NCBI GenBank assembly: GCA_944387865.1
Contig: CALXGN010000006.1
Span: 11,355-75,354, forward strand
Source of the DNA: Candidatus Scatomorpha stercorigallinarum
GTDB taxonomy: Bacteria; Bacillota; Clostridia; Oscillospirales; Oscillospiraceae
Direction: 5' to 3'
DNA: 64,000 nt
Position 1 is the stretch's first letter. Each line of letters opens with the position of its first letter. The notes beneath the pieces were generated by a model. That model did not search any database. It was not told where the DNA came from and worked only from the letters and a program-made list of their open reading frames with translations. Of the stretch, positions 1 to 10,612 are shown in pieces. The position numbers and the translations under genes were made by a program.

Positions 1-2
1 CC

Positions 3-104
3 CCGTGGAACCTGACGCTGGCAAGCGTTGTGCTGGCGGCGGCCTTCTTTGTCTTCGCGCGGCTGCTGGTCAGGCGCAACGCCATAACCGCCGCCACCGC
101 ATAA
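3..104 (+). CDS. 3' end of an upstream gene (partial); hydrophobic C-terminal segment
   Basis: Open frame from the window edge reads PWNLTLASVVLAAAFFVFARLLVRRNAITAATA-stop. It has GC-rich third positions and is followed by a terminator hairpin. Confidence 0.3.
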   Translation, partial: PWNLTLASVVLAAAFFVFARLLVRRNAITAATA

Positions 105-170
105 TACCCACGTGCCACCCCATTTCTTTGGCCTTGCCCAAAGAAACGGGAGTGGCGCCCCAAAGAAAAA

Positions 171-198
171 CGCTCCGGTGCGAATCGGAGCGTTTTTT
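171..198 (+). terminator. Rho-independent terminator
   Basis: Hairpin cgctccg-gtgcgaa-cggagcg followed by tttttt. An A-run upstream makes it potentially bidirectional. Confidence 0.5.
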
Positions 199-269
199 GC
201 GTGTTTTTACAGGTTTTCAGTTATCAAAAGTGGTCATCCCGTCGATGAATGAGTTTCCTGCATCGCCGG

Positions 270-735
270 CCGTGCGTTGCTTCGCTTCGCTCGCGGCACT
301 GCCGCGCAGAAGCCCAGGGGGCAAGGGGGCGGAGCCCCCAAAATAACCTTCCGACAAGCACTCCGTCCCAAACCACGCAATCACGCCCGTGGGCGGGCTC
401 CGCCCGCCCCGCCCATCTCGCTCGCCCGCGCCCCCAAGCGCGGGCGGCGTATCAAAGTCCCATTTTGCTTAAGCAAAATGGGACACATTAGAAAAACCCT
501 GTGTAGTCAGTGGCACCCAACGCCGCAAGCTACGGAATGGCCGCCCGCATAGGGCGGACAAAATCGCCCCGGGGCTTTGCCTCGGGGCGATACCTTATCT
601 TGCGCCTTTGAGGCGCAACCGCGCCGCCGTGCGGCGCGCAAAATATGTGTATGTACGGGGCAAAGCCCCGGACGTACACATATTTTTTATGGAGGGGAGT
701 CTACGAGGGGGACCCCCGGTCCCCCTCGTATATTT
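270..735. repeat. Multi-hairpin intergenic repeat element, copy A (about 466 nt)
   Basis: Long identical runs are shared with 10146-10612 in the same orientation. It contains at least 7 stem-loops (457-484, 541-557, 563-591, 600-618, 621-637, 643-683, 702-730). Confidence 0.8.
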
Positions 736-1149
736 TCACATCATATATTTCCTTATATCCTCGCCCAGGGTCTCCGGGTCGGCGGTCATGGTGATGGTGA
801 ACTTGATGCCCTCGCTGGCGGCGAAGCTGTCGAGCCAGTCGAGGAAATCTACTACCTGGTCCTCGGCGTTGGAGTTGAACATCTTGTGGAAGTTGTCGAT
901 GAATATGTGCGAGATGTCATAGTTGCCGGCGCGCAGGCCGCTGATGAAGCCCTTCATGAACTCGAAGGTGCCGATGTTGTAGTCGCTCGCGTGGATAAGA
1001 CGGGCCTGATAGGGGATGTCGTATGTCAGGTTTTTGTCCTTTTCGATGCAGATGACGTCGCCCTGTTCCTCCTCGACGGCTTTGGTGACGAGCTCCACGA
1101 GGCGTTTGGTTTTTCCCGACCCCTTCAGGCCCACCATGATCTTGACCAT
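736..1149 (-). CDS. Small uncharacterised P-loop NTPase
   Basis: Walker A motif GLKGSGKT near the N-terminus, an AAGGAG RBS upstream of the ATG, and normal composition. Confidence 0.7.
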   Translation of the reverse strand: MVKIMVGLKGSGKTKRLVELVTKAVEEEQGDVICIEKDKNLTYDIPYQARLIHASDYNIGTFEFMKGFISGLRAGNYDISHIFIDNFHKMFNSNAEDQVVDFLDWLDSFAASEGIKFTITMTADPETLGEDIRKYMM

Positions 1150-1182
1150 ATTGCGTCACGCTCCTTACTATTTGTTTTATTG

Positions 1183-1231
1183 GCATTAAAGAAAAGATGG
1201 CAAGCTGTTCTTTATTACAGCTTACCATCTT
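1183..1231 (-). terminator. Rho-independent terminator downstream of pgi
   Basis: 14-bp stem aagatgg(c/t)aagctg / cagcttaccatctt with one mismatch, followed on the minus strand by ttttctttaat. Confidence 0.45.
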
Positions 1232-1286
1232 TCCGCCCCGAGTTCAACGGGTAAAATCAAAGTTAATCAAAAGTTTATGAATCGTA

Positions 1287-2561
1287 TCAGGCGCCGGGCT
1301 TGCCAAGCATGTGGAACATGTTCTTCTTATAGGCCTCCACGCCCGGCTGGTCGAAGGGGTTGACGGCGGAGATGTAGCCGGAGATGGCGCAGGCGAGCTC
1401 GAAGAAGGTGACCAGCTCCGCGTAGCCCTGCTCGTCGCGCGCTGGGGCGCTGACGGCCAGGTTGGGCACGCCGCCGGCGATGTGCGCGGCCTTGACGGCG
1501 TCGCGCGCCACGCGGCAGACGTCCGCAAGGTCGCGGCCGGCGATGTAGTTGAGCCCGTCCGGGTCGCCCATGCCAAAGGGCACGGGGAGGGAGGTGCGCG
1601 CGCTCTCGAAGGAGACGACGGTCTCCATCAGCGTGCGCGGGCCGTCCTGGATGTACTGGCCCATGGAGTGCAGGTCGGCGGTGTATTCAACGGAAGCGGG
1701 GAAGATGCCGATGCCGTTCTTGCCCTCGCTCTCGCCGTAGAGCTGCTTCCACCACTCGGCCATGAAGCGGAAGGAGGGCTCGTAGCAGGCGAGGATCTCA
1801 GTGCTGTAGCCGCGGCCATAGAGGTGCTGGCGCGCGGCGGCGTACTGCCAGGCGGGGTTTTCGGGGCTGCGCAGGTCCATCGCCGCAAAGGCGTCTATCG
1901 CGCAGTTCACGACGGCCTTCACGTCGATGCCGGCCACGGCCATCGGCAGCAGGCCGACGGCGGAGAGCACGCTGTAGCGCCCGCCGACGTCGCCGGGGAC
2001 GGTGAAGGTCTCCCAGCCCTCGGCGTCCGCCATCGTGCGCAGCACGCCGCGCGCGCTGTCCGTGGTGGCGAAGATGTGCTTCTTGGCGGCGGCGCCGTAT
2101 TTTTTCTCCAGCAGGCCGCGGAAGAAGCGGAAGGCCACCGCCGGCTCCAGCGTGGTGCCGGACTTGGAGATGACGTTGACGTCAAAGTCGTCGTCCCCCA
2201 GCTGGGCGAGCACGTCGTTGAGATAGTCCGGGGAGAGGCCGTTGCCGACAAAGAAGATACGCGGGTCGTCCGGGCCGGGCAGGGGGCGCAGCAGCTCGAT
2301 GGCCCCGCGCGCGCCCAGGTAGGAGCCGCCGATGCCGATGACGACCAGGGCCTTCGAGCGCCCGCGGATCTTGGCGGCGGCGCTGAGGATGCCCTTCAGC
2401 TCGCCCTTCTTGATCCTGCGCGGCAGCTCCAGCCAGCCGGTGAAATCGGCGCCGGGGCCGCTCTTTTCCTCAAGCGTGCGGTGAGCCGCCGCGGCGGCGG
2501 CGTAATCAGGGCCGGAAGATTCGAAAAATTGCTCCGCCCCGGAGAGGTCGACTTTTATCAT
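1287..2561 (-). CDS. pgi: Glucose-6-phosphate isomerase
   Basis: Full-length similarity to short bacterial Pgi (GIGGSYLG, ISKSGTT and GESEGK-type motifs). ATG 2561 (MIKVDL) has better SD spacing than the alternative ATG at 2570. Confidence 0.9.
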   Translation of the reverse strand: MIKVDLSGAEQFFESSGPDYAAAAAAHRTLEEKSGPGADFTGWLELPRRIKKGELKGILSAAAKIRGRSKALVVIGIGGSYLGARGAIELLRPLPGPDDPRIFFVGNGLSPDYLNDVLAQLGDDDFDVNVISKSGTTLEPAVAFRFFRGLLEKKYGAAAKKHIFATTDSARGVLRTMADAEGWETFTVPGDVGGRYSVLSAVGLLPMAVAGIDVKAVVNCAIDAFAAMDLRSPENPAWQYAAARQHLYGRGYSTEILACYEPSFRFMAEWWKQLYGESEGKNGIGIFPASVEYTADLHSMGQYIQDGPRTLMETVVSFESARTSLPVPFGMGDPDGLNYIAGRDLADVCRVARDAVKAAHIAGGVPNLAVSAPARDEQGYAELVTFFELACAISGYISAVNPFDQPGVEAYKKNMFHMLGKPGA

Positions 2562-2699
2562 CGTACACATCCCTCACAAGCAAAATTTGGTGCTTACATT
2601 ATACTACATCCCACGCAAAATACAAGCAAAATCTGCCCGGAATGCTCAAAAGTGGGGGATGGGCGCCGGATTCAGCCGGGATACGGCGCGAAAGTGGGG

Positions 2700-3860
2700 C
2701 TAAGCGGACTGTACGCCGGCCAGCAGGCCCAGCATCCGCCCAAGCAGCGCCCAGGAGCTCAGCCGCTCGACGTCCCCGCCGGCCACGATCGGCACTTCGG
2801 CCAGCGTCTCGCCGCCGGCGGTGACGGTCAGCGTGCCCAGCCGGTCGCCCGCCCTGACGGGCGCGGGCACGCTCTCCGCCAGGGCCACCGTGCGCTCCAC
2901 GCCGGACACCGTGCCCTTTTCCAGCAGCAGGGCGCTCTCGCCCTCGCAGACGGGCTGCACGCTGTCGCTCTCGCCGAGGGTGACGCGCACGGGCGGCAGC
3001 GCGCCGTCCGGCCGCAGCGCGCAGAGCTCATAGCCGGCGAAGCCGTAGTTGAGCAGGGTGGAGGCGTCGCGGTTGCGGCTCTCGATGCTCTCCGCGTGCA
3101 TGATGACGGCGATGAGCTCCATGCCCTCGCGCTCCGCGGTGGCGGAGAGGCAGTACATGGCCTCGGAGGTGAAGCCCGTCTTCAGCCCCGTGCAGCCCTC
3201 GTAGTGGCGCACGAGCTTGTTCGTGTTGCTCAGGCCGAATTCGCCGTCGCGTATGCTGTCCATCCAGATGGTCGTGTAGTCGCGTATCCAGCCGTGGAGC
3301 ATCAGCTCGCGGCTCATGACGGCGATGTCGCGGGCGGAGGTGTAGTGCTCCTCGTCGTCGAAAAGGCCGGTGCAGTTGGTGAAATGCGTGTTCTCCAGCC
3401 CCAGCTCGGCGGCGCGCGCGTTCATGCGCTCGACGAAGGCCGCCTCGCTGCCGCTGATGTACTCGGCCATGGCCACGGCGCAGTCGTTGGCGGAGACGAC
3501 GGCGATGCACTTGAGCATGTCGGAGACCGTCATGCGCTCGCCCTCCTCCAGCCACACCTGGCTGCCGCCCATGGAGGCCGCCTCGGCGGAGGCGGTGACC
3601 TCGTCGGAGAGCGTGATCTCGCCGCCGTCCACGGCCTCGGCGATGAGCAGCATGGTCATCACCTTGGTGACGGAGGCGGGAGGGCGGCGCTCGTCGGCGT
3701 TCTTTTCATAGAGCACCTTGCCCGTCGTTTTCTCCATCAATATGGCGGAGGGCGCCGCCACCTCCAGCGCCGGGGCGGAAGCGCCCCCCTCCGCGCCCGC
3801 CGCCGCGGCGGGGGATGTAAGCAGCAAAAGGGTCAATATCACACATGCAGCACGCCTCAT
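2700..3860 (-). CDS. Serine-type D-alanyl-D-alanine carboxypeptidase (S11, PBP5/DacB-like)
   Basis: Signal peptide, active-site SVTK (SxxK) motif, SAND (SxN) and KTG motifs. Confidence 0.85.
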   Translation of the reverse strand: MRRAACVILTLLLLTSPAAAAGAEGGASAPALEVAAPSAILMEKTTGKVLYEKNADERRPPASVTKVMTMLLIAEAVDGGEITLSDEVTASAEAASMGGSQVWLEEGERMTVSDMLKCIAVVSANDCAVAMAEYISGSEAAFVERMNARAAELGLENTHFTNCTGLFDDEEHYTSARDIAVMSRELMLHGWIRDYTTIWMDSIRDGEFGLSNTNKLVRHYEGCTGLKTGFTSEAMYCLSATAEREGMELIAVIMHAESIESRNRDASTLLNYGFAGYELCALRPDGALPPVRVTLGESDSVQPVCEGESALLLEKGTVSGVERTVALAESVPAPVRAGDRLGTLTVTAGGETLAEVPIVAGGDVERLSSWALLGRMLGLLAGVQSA

Positions 3861-3969
3861 CGCCAGGCCTCCCCGTAGTTTTTTCCCTATAAATTATGCC
3901 CGCCGGGACAAAGCTATGCCCGGCGGCGCGAATTCACAATAAATTCAAGTATAAATCGGGCATAGTTTC

Positions 3970-3998
3970 TTGACATATTTTAATAATAGTGTTATGAT
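3970..3998 (+). promoter_or_regulatory. Sigma-A type promoter for the thrS leader
   Basis: TTGACA (3970-3975), 17-nt spacer, TATGAT (3993-3998) preceded by TGt (extended -10). Confidence 0.5.
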
Positions 3999-4004
3999 TC
4001 CACT

Positions 4005-4240
4005 CGCATAAAGGCGATGAAGGAGAAGGACCGCACCACCCGCGGAGCAGAGAGGGCGCTCACAGGCTGCAAGGCGCCCCGGACGGGCAGGCGGGCTCCA
4101 CCGCTCCGGAGCCTGCGGGCGAGAAAGCAAGCCCGCGCGGCCGGCGGCCGTTATCCCGCTACTGAGCCAAATTCAGGGTGGAACCGTGCGTCACCGAGCG
4201 CACCCCTGCGCCGCGCGGCGGCACGGGGGTGTTTTTCATT
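4005..4240 (+). promoter_or_regulatory. T-box leader (tRNA-sensing riboswitch) with terminator, upstream of thrS
   Basis: Conserved T-box sequence aattcagggtggaaccgtgcg at 4170-4190. Terminator cacccctg...cgggggtg plus ttttt at 4201-4236. AGAGA-type stem I element near 4052. ACC (Thr) codons at about 4038-4046 are candidate specifiers. Confidence 0.7.
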
Positions 4241-4259
4241 CAGGGGGAGGTAAAAAAAC

Positions 4260-6014
<1,755 letters not shown>

Positions 6015-6037
6015 TAAGAAAGGAGAAATACCTTACG

Positions 6038-6676
6038 ATGAAGAAATTCCTCTGCGCCATACTCTGCCTCACGCTGCTGCTGGGCGTTTCCGCCTGCGGC
6101 AATGAGAACGAGGACCCCGAAGCGGCCGAGACCCCGGAGATCGAGCTGCCCGACGTGGTCGTGTCTGAGAGCGACATCGTCTACGCCTCCCCCACGCCGA
6201 CGCCCGAGCCGGAGGCGATAGAGAACCTTGCCGTCTGCGGCATCAACCTCATCCGCGACGGCCAGCTCACCGGCCTTGGCTTCGGCGGCGCCGAATACGC
6301 CGACGGCGTGCTCAAGCTGACGGACGCAGTCCTCAGCTCCAGCGATGAGAACGAGCCCGTCATCAGCTACTCCGGCGGCGAGCTGGAGATCGTGCTCGAG
6401 GGCGTGAACACCATCGAGGCCACCAACGGCGCGGCTGTGATCAGTTGCGCGGGCGACGAGGGCAACGTCACCATCAGCGGCAGCGGCAGCCTTACCGCCA
6501 CTGCGGCGGACGCGGCGGCCATCTCCCTGCCCGGCACGCTCACCATCTCCGCCACCGTGGACGTCACCGGCGCACCGGCGGCGGACTGCCAGGAGGTCCT
6601 GGCCGGCGAAGGCGCCGAGCTGAGCGAGAACAGCGAGGGCCACATCGTGGCCTACGCCGAGACCGCGGCCCTCTGA
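6038..6676 (+). CDS. Lipoprotein, unknown function
   Basis: Signal peptide with lipobox LLGVSAC; acidic, low-complexity mature protein. Confidence 0.65.
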   Translation: MKKFLCAILCLTLLLGVSACGNENEDPEAAETPEIELPDVVVSESDIVYASPTPTPEPEAIENLAVCGINLIRDGQLTGLGFGGAEYADGVLKLTDAVLSSSDENEPVISYSGGELEIVLEGVNTIEATNGAAVISCAGDEGNVTISGSGSLTATAADAAAISLPGTLTISATVDVTGAPAADCQEVLAGEGAELSENSEGHIVAYAETAAL

Positions 6677-6706
6677 TGTAAGTTATTCCCTGAATAAAAA
6701 AGCCCG

Positions 6707-6739
6707 CCCCCTCGTATCCTTGCGGTACGAGGGGGTTTT
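6707..6739 (+). terminator. Rho-independent terminator
   Basis: 10-bp stem ccccctcgta / tacgaggggg followed by tttt. Confidence 0.55.
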
Positions 6740-6742
6740 CAT

Positions 6743-7411
6743 ATGACCGAAAGAAAAAAGCTCATCCTGGCCCTGACGGCGATATTCACGCTCAATATCC
6801 TGCTCATCGCCCTGGCCCAGGCGGCCAGCGCCGCCACCTATGACCGCGGCTCCTCCGGCGAGCTGGTGCGGGAGATGCAGCGGCGGCTGAAGGAGTGGGG
6901 CTATTACGACGGCGCGGTGGACGGCGTCTTCGGCGGCGAGACCGAGGAGGCGGTGGAGGAGTTCCAGCGCGTGAACGGCCTGGAGGTGGACGGGCGTGTG
7001 GGCCCGGCCACGCTGACGGCCCTGGGCCTTCCCGCGGGCGGTCAGCAGGAGGGCGCCTCCGGCGGCGACCTGGCGCTGCTGGCGCGGCTGATATCCGCCG
7101 AGGCGCGCGGCGAGCCCTATGTGGGCCAGGTGGCCGTGGGCGCGGTGGTGATGAACCGCGTGGAGCACCCGTCCTTCCCCAACGATATCGCGGGGGTCAT
7201 CTATCAGCCGGGGGCCTTCTCCTGCCTGCAGGACGGCCAGTGGGACGAGCCCGTGGCCGACAGCGCCTACCGCGCGGCGCGCGAGGCCCTCGCCGGGGCC
7301 GACCCCACGGGCGGCGCCATCTATTACTTCAACCCGCAGACGGCCACCAGCGAGTGGATCTGGTCGCGGCCGGAGATATTGACCATCGGCAACCACCGCT
7401 TCTGCGCCTAA
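6743..7411 (+). CDS. sleB: Spore cortex-lytic enzyme SleB/CwlJ family (PG-binding domain plus hydrolase_2)
   Basis: N-terminal peptidoglycan-binding repeat (LKEWGYYDGAVDGVFG). The C-terminal part carries the SAEARGEP...VMNRV...IYQPGAFSC motif typical of SleB. Confidence 0.8.
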   Translation: MTERKKLILALTAIFTLNILLIALAQAASAATYDRGSSGELVREMQRRLKEWGYYDGAVDGVFGGETEEAVEEFQRVNGLEVDGRVGPATLTALGLPAGGQQEGASGGDLALLARLISAEARGEPYVGQVAVGAVVMNRVEHPSFPNDIAGVIYQPGAFSCLQDGQWDEPVADSAYRAAREALAGADPTGGAIYYFNPQTATSEWIWSRPEILTIGNHRFCA

Positions 7412-8946
7412 GCGCCCGCCAGGGGGACGAGCCCCTCCGGCGTCAGCAGCAGCGCGCGCGAGCAGACCTCGCAGATGAATTTGCGGTCGTGCGAGACGGC
7501 GATGACGGCCCCGGGGAAGGCCCTCAGCGCGCGGCGCAGCACCGGCCCGGAGAGCGGGGAGAGGTTGCGCGTGGGCTCGTCGAGCACCAGCACGTTCGCG
7601 CCGGAGAGCGCGAGCGCGGAGAGCAGCAGCTTTGCCCGCTGGCCGCCGGAGAGCTCGCCGGCGGGGCGCGCCATCTCGTCCGTGGTGTAGCGCAGGCTGC
7701 CCAGCAGCTCGCGCACGCGCGTCTCCTCCGCGCGTGAGCCGGAGGCGTTCAGCAGCTCGACCGGCGTTTTCGACAGGTCCACCGTCTCCGCGTAGTCCTG
7801 CGGCATATATGCGGCGCGGATGTCCCGCCGCGCGAGCAGCTCCCGGGCGATGATGCGCAGCAGCGTGGTCTTGCCCGCGCCGTTGGGGCCGGCGATGCAC
7901 ACCTTTTCCGGCCCGAAGAGCTCAAGGCGCACATTTTTCGCCAGCTCCCGCCCGCCGGCGGCGAGGACGGGCGCTTCCAGGGACAGCACGCGCTTCCCGC
8001 GCGGTACGGAGGCCGACTGCGGGAAGGTGAGGAACACCGGCTCTTCCAGTTCCGGCAGGGCGGTGAGGGCCTCGCGCTCGCGCTCAAAGCGCCGGCCCAT
8101 GGACTGCACGGCGTGCATTTTCTTCTTCAAAAGCCGGCCGGAGTGCGGGTCCTGCCGCGTCAGCGCGGCCTGGTCGTGCTCCACCTGCTGCCTTATGCGC
8201 CGGAAGCGCTCCATGCGCTCGTCGAACTCCGCGCGCTCCTTGCGCGATATCTGCTCCTGCCGGGCGATGGCGCGCGAGCGCGCGGCGACGTATTCGCCGT
8301 AGGGCAGGCGGGACACCGTGGAGCGCGGCAGCGTTTTGCGCCGCAGCAGCTCCAGGTGCAGCACCATCGTCGAGCAGCGCTCCAGCAGCGCCTCGTCGTG
8401 GGAGACGAAGAGCGCCGGCTTGCCGCAGCCGAGGAGGAAGTCCTCCAGCCACTCCAGCGCGGACAGGTCGAGGTCGTTCGTCGGCTCGTCCAGCAGCAGC
8501 ACGTCCGGCTCCGCGGCGAGCACGCGCGCCAGGCGCAGCTTCACCCGCTCGCCGCCGGAGAAGGAGCCCAGCGGCCTTTGTAGGGCAAACGCGCCCGCCG
8601 GCAGGCCCAGCGAGCGCTCCAGCGCCGCGCGCTCGCGGCCGTTCAGCTCGCGGAAGGCCGCCGAGCGCGCGAGATAGCCCGCCGCCGGCAGGGCCAGCTC
8701 GCTCCCGTCCGCCTCCTGCGGGAGATAGCCTGGGCGGTCGCCGCCGAAGGAGAAGCTGCCCGTGTATTCGGCGTAGGGCTCGACCAGCGCGGGGTCGTAG
8801 AGCAGCTTCAAAAGCGTGGATTTGCCGTTGCCCTCCTCGCCAACAACGGCGCAGCGCTCGCCGGCGCCGAGCGTCAGGCTGAGGCGCGAGACCACGGTGC
8901 GCAGGTCGCGGCGGCAGGTGATGTCAAGGTCGTTTATCGTAAGCAT
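7408..8946 (-). CDS. ABC-F family ATPase (two ABC cassettes, no membrane domain)
   Basis: Two Walker A sites (GEEGNGKST, GPNGAGKTT), two LSGG signatures and an inter-domain linker. Start trimmed to ATG 8946 (MLTINDL), which has an AAGGAAAGGAG RBS. Confidence 0.85.
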   Translation of the reverse strand: MLTINDLDITCRRDLRTVVSRLSLTLGAGERCAVVGEEGNGKSTLLKLLYDPALVEPYAEYTGSFSFGGDRPGYLPQEADGSELALPAAGYLARSAAFRELNGRERAALERSLGLPAGAFALQRPLGSFSGGERVKLRLARVLAAEPDVLLLDEPTNDLDLSALEWLEDFLLGCGKPALFVSHDEALLERCSTMVLHLELLRRKTLPRSTVSRLPYGEYVAARSRAIARQEQISRKERAEFDERMERFRRIRQQVEHDQAALTRQDPHSGRLLKKKMHAVQSMGRRFEREREALTALPELEEPVFLTFPQSASVPRGKRVLSLEAPVLAAGGRELAKNVRLELFGPEKVCIAGPNGAGKTTLLRIIARELLARRDIRAAYMPQDYAETVDLSKTPVELLNASGSRAEETRVRELLGSLRYTTDEMARPAGELSGGQRAKLLLSALALSGANVLVLDEPTRNLSPLSGPVLRRALRAFPGAVIAVSHDRKFICEVCSRALLLTPEGLVPLAGA

Positions 8947-8976
8947 GAGCACAGCTCCTTTCCTTGCGCAGAGCGC

Positions 8977-9008
8977 AAAAAACGTCCGGCCCACACCGGG
9001 TCCGGACG
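8977..9008 (-). terminator. Terminator-like hairpin inside the ABC-F 5' leader (candidate attenuator)
   Basis: On the minus strand: cgtccggacccggtgtgggccggacg followed by tttttt, about 15 nt before the RBS. Confidence 0.45.
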
Positions 9009-9160
9009 CGCGAAAAGAGCCCACGCCGTATGATAAGGGCGCGGACAGAGCGCATCTGATCTCGGCATGGGAACAAAGCGCGCCCTCGGCGCGCCGCTTT
9101 TTCCACAGCTAAGACCAGTTTATTTGCGCATCTTCCCACCCTTTTCCTTGTACTACGGCC

Positions 9161-9189
9161 ATCATAACACGCGCTGTGCGCTGTGTCAA
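9161..9189 (-). promoter_or_regulatory. Sigma-A type promoter for the ABC-F leader
   Basis: Minus strand TTGACA (9189-9184), 17-nt spacer, TATGAT (9166-9161) with TGt extension. This implies a leader of about 200 nt. Confidence 0.5.
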
Positions 9190-9244
9190 GTTACGGGGGC
9201 TTTACAAATCCCGCGGATGTGATACACTGTCGGCGGGTGATAAT

Positions 9245-9952
9245 ATGCAGAAAAAAGCTCTCGTCACGGGCTCCTCCCGCGGTATCGGCGCGGCGGTGGC
9301 CCGCGCGCTGGCCGGAAGCGGCTGGCGCGTTACCATAAACTACATCCAGAGCCGGGAAAAGGCCGAGGCCCTGGCCGCCGAACTGGGCACGGAGGCCGTG
9401 CGGGCCGACGTGTCGGACAGCGCGCAGGTACAGGCGATGTTCGACGCCGCCGGGCCCTTCGACCTTCTGGTGTGCAACGCCGGCATCGCCTGGTCGGGGC
9501 TGCTGACGGACATGACGGACAGCGAATGGCGGCGCATCGTGGACGTCAACCTGGGCGGCGTTTTCAACTGCTGCCGGGCGGCGATACCCCACATGGTGCA
9601 TGAAAAGCGCGGCTGTATTTTGTGCATGTCGTCCATACTCGGCGTGTACGGCGGCTCCTGCGAGACGGCCTATTCCGCCACCAAGGGCGGCATCATCGCC
9701 TTCGTCAAGGGCCTGGCCAAGGAACTGGGGCCCTCCGGCATCCGCGTGAACGCCATCGCCCCCGGCTCCATCGACACGGACATGCTCTCCTGCTTCACGG
9801 CGGAGGACAAGCAGGCCATGGCCGACGCCAGCGCCCTCGGCCGCATCGGCCGCCCGGAGGACATAGCCGCCGCCGCCGTCTACCTGGCCTCCGACGCCGC
9901 CAGCTTCGTCACCGGCCAGATATTAGGCGTCGATGGGAATATGGTCATCTGA
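9245..9952 (+). CDS. Short-chain dehydrogenase/reductase (FabG-like 3-oxoacyl reductase)
   Basis: TGSSRGIG cofactor motif, NAG, and the S...YxxxK catalytic motif (YSATK). Start trimmed to MQKKALVTG. Confidence 0.85.
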   Translation: MQKKALVTGSSRGIGAAVARALAGSGWRVTINYIQSREKAEALAAELGTEAVRADVSDSAQVQAMFDAAGPFDLLVCNAGIAWSGLLTDMTDSEWRRIVDVNLGGVFNCCRAAIPHMVHEKRGCILCMSSILGVYGGSCETAYSATKGGIIAFVKGLAKELGPSGIRVNAIAPGSIDTDMLSCFTAEDKQAMADASALGRIGRPEDIAAAAVYLASDAASFVTGQILGVDGNMVI

Positions 9953-10145
9953 CTGATGACAGAGCAGGGGCAGGCCCCTGCGACCCTTTTTCTGAGGGGT
10001 TTCTTTTTGTCTTGTCAAAAAGAAACCCCTCAGACTCCAAAGAGAAAACCGCTTTGGTGCGGGTCGTAGGCGGGTGCTGTCTTTTACGGGTTTCCGCGTT
10101 TCGCGGCCGCTCATCCCGTTGTCGGATGGCTTTGTACGCAGACGA

Positions 10146-10612
10146 CCGTGCGTTGCTTCGCTTCGCTCGCGGCACTAAGTTTGCAGAAACCCCAGGGGGC
10201 AAGGGGACGGAGCCCCCAATAAACTCCGCGACAAGCGCGCCGTTTCGCCCAACGCGAACCACGTCCGTGGGCGGGCTCCGCCCGCCCCGCCCATCTCGCA
10301 CGCCCGCGCCCGCCAGCGCGGGCGGCGTATTTAAGTCCCATTTTGCCCCGCAAAATGGGACACATTAGAAAAGCCCGTGCGGTCAGCGGCATAAACCTCC
10401 CAAGCATAGGAATGGCCGCCCGCATAGGGCGGCCAAAATCGCCCCGGGGCTTTGCCTCGGGGCGATACCATATCTTGCGCCTCTGAGGCGCAACCGCGCC
10501 GCCGTGCGGCGCGCAAAATGCATGGCTCTTTGGGGCCACAAGCCCCAAAGAGCCATGCATTTTTTATGGAGGGGAGCCTACGAGGGGGACCCCCGGTCCC
10601 CCTCGTATTTTA
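10146..10612. repeat. Multi-hairpin intergenic repeat element, copy B
   Basis: Co-linear with 270-735 and carries the same series of hairpins. The hairpin at 10517-10559 has a different sequence but the same position and structure as 643-683. Confidence 0.8.

Noticed and set aside
270-735. Possible CRISPR array or MITE, given the dense repeats
   Set aside because: There are no regularly spaced direct repeats with unique spacers and no cas genes. I saw no terminal inverted repeats or target-site duplication. It is kept as an unclassified multi-hairpin repeat instead.
577-1254. ORF beginning MPRGDTLSCAFEAQPRRRAARK, with a near-identical N-terminus at 10452-11093
   Set aside because: The shared peptide comes from the duplicated hairpin element. 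It reads straight through palindromes, has no SD, and the two ORFs diverge completely outside the repeat.
1311-3878. 855-aa plus-strand ORF spanning pgi and the carboxypeptidase gene
   Set aside because: It is antisense to two well-supported genes. The product is Ala/Gly/Arg/His/Val-rich with no motifs, which is typical of a high-GC shadow ORF.
6707-6735. This terminator hairpin uses the same 10-mer arms (ccccctcgta / tacgaggggg) as the last hairpin of the repeat element, but in swapped order
   Set aside because: It may be a relic or a coincidence of GC-rich terminator design. A single 10-mer match is too weak to call a third element copy.
9955-10145. Extra hairpins (gcaggggcaggcccctgc; ctgaggggtttcttttt...aaaaagaaacccctcag) upstream of repeat copy B, and analogous ones at 110-160 upstream of copy A
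   Set aside because: The sequences are not similar between the two loci. They are probably ordinary terminators for the SDR gene and the upstream partial gene, so they are not included in the repeat boundaries.
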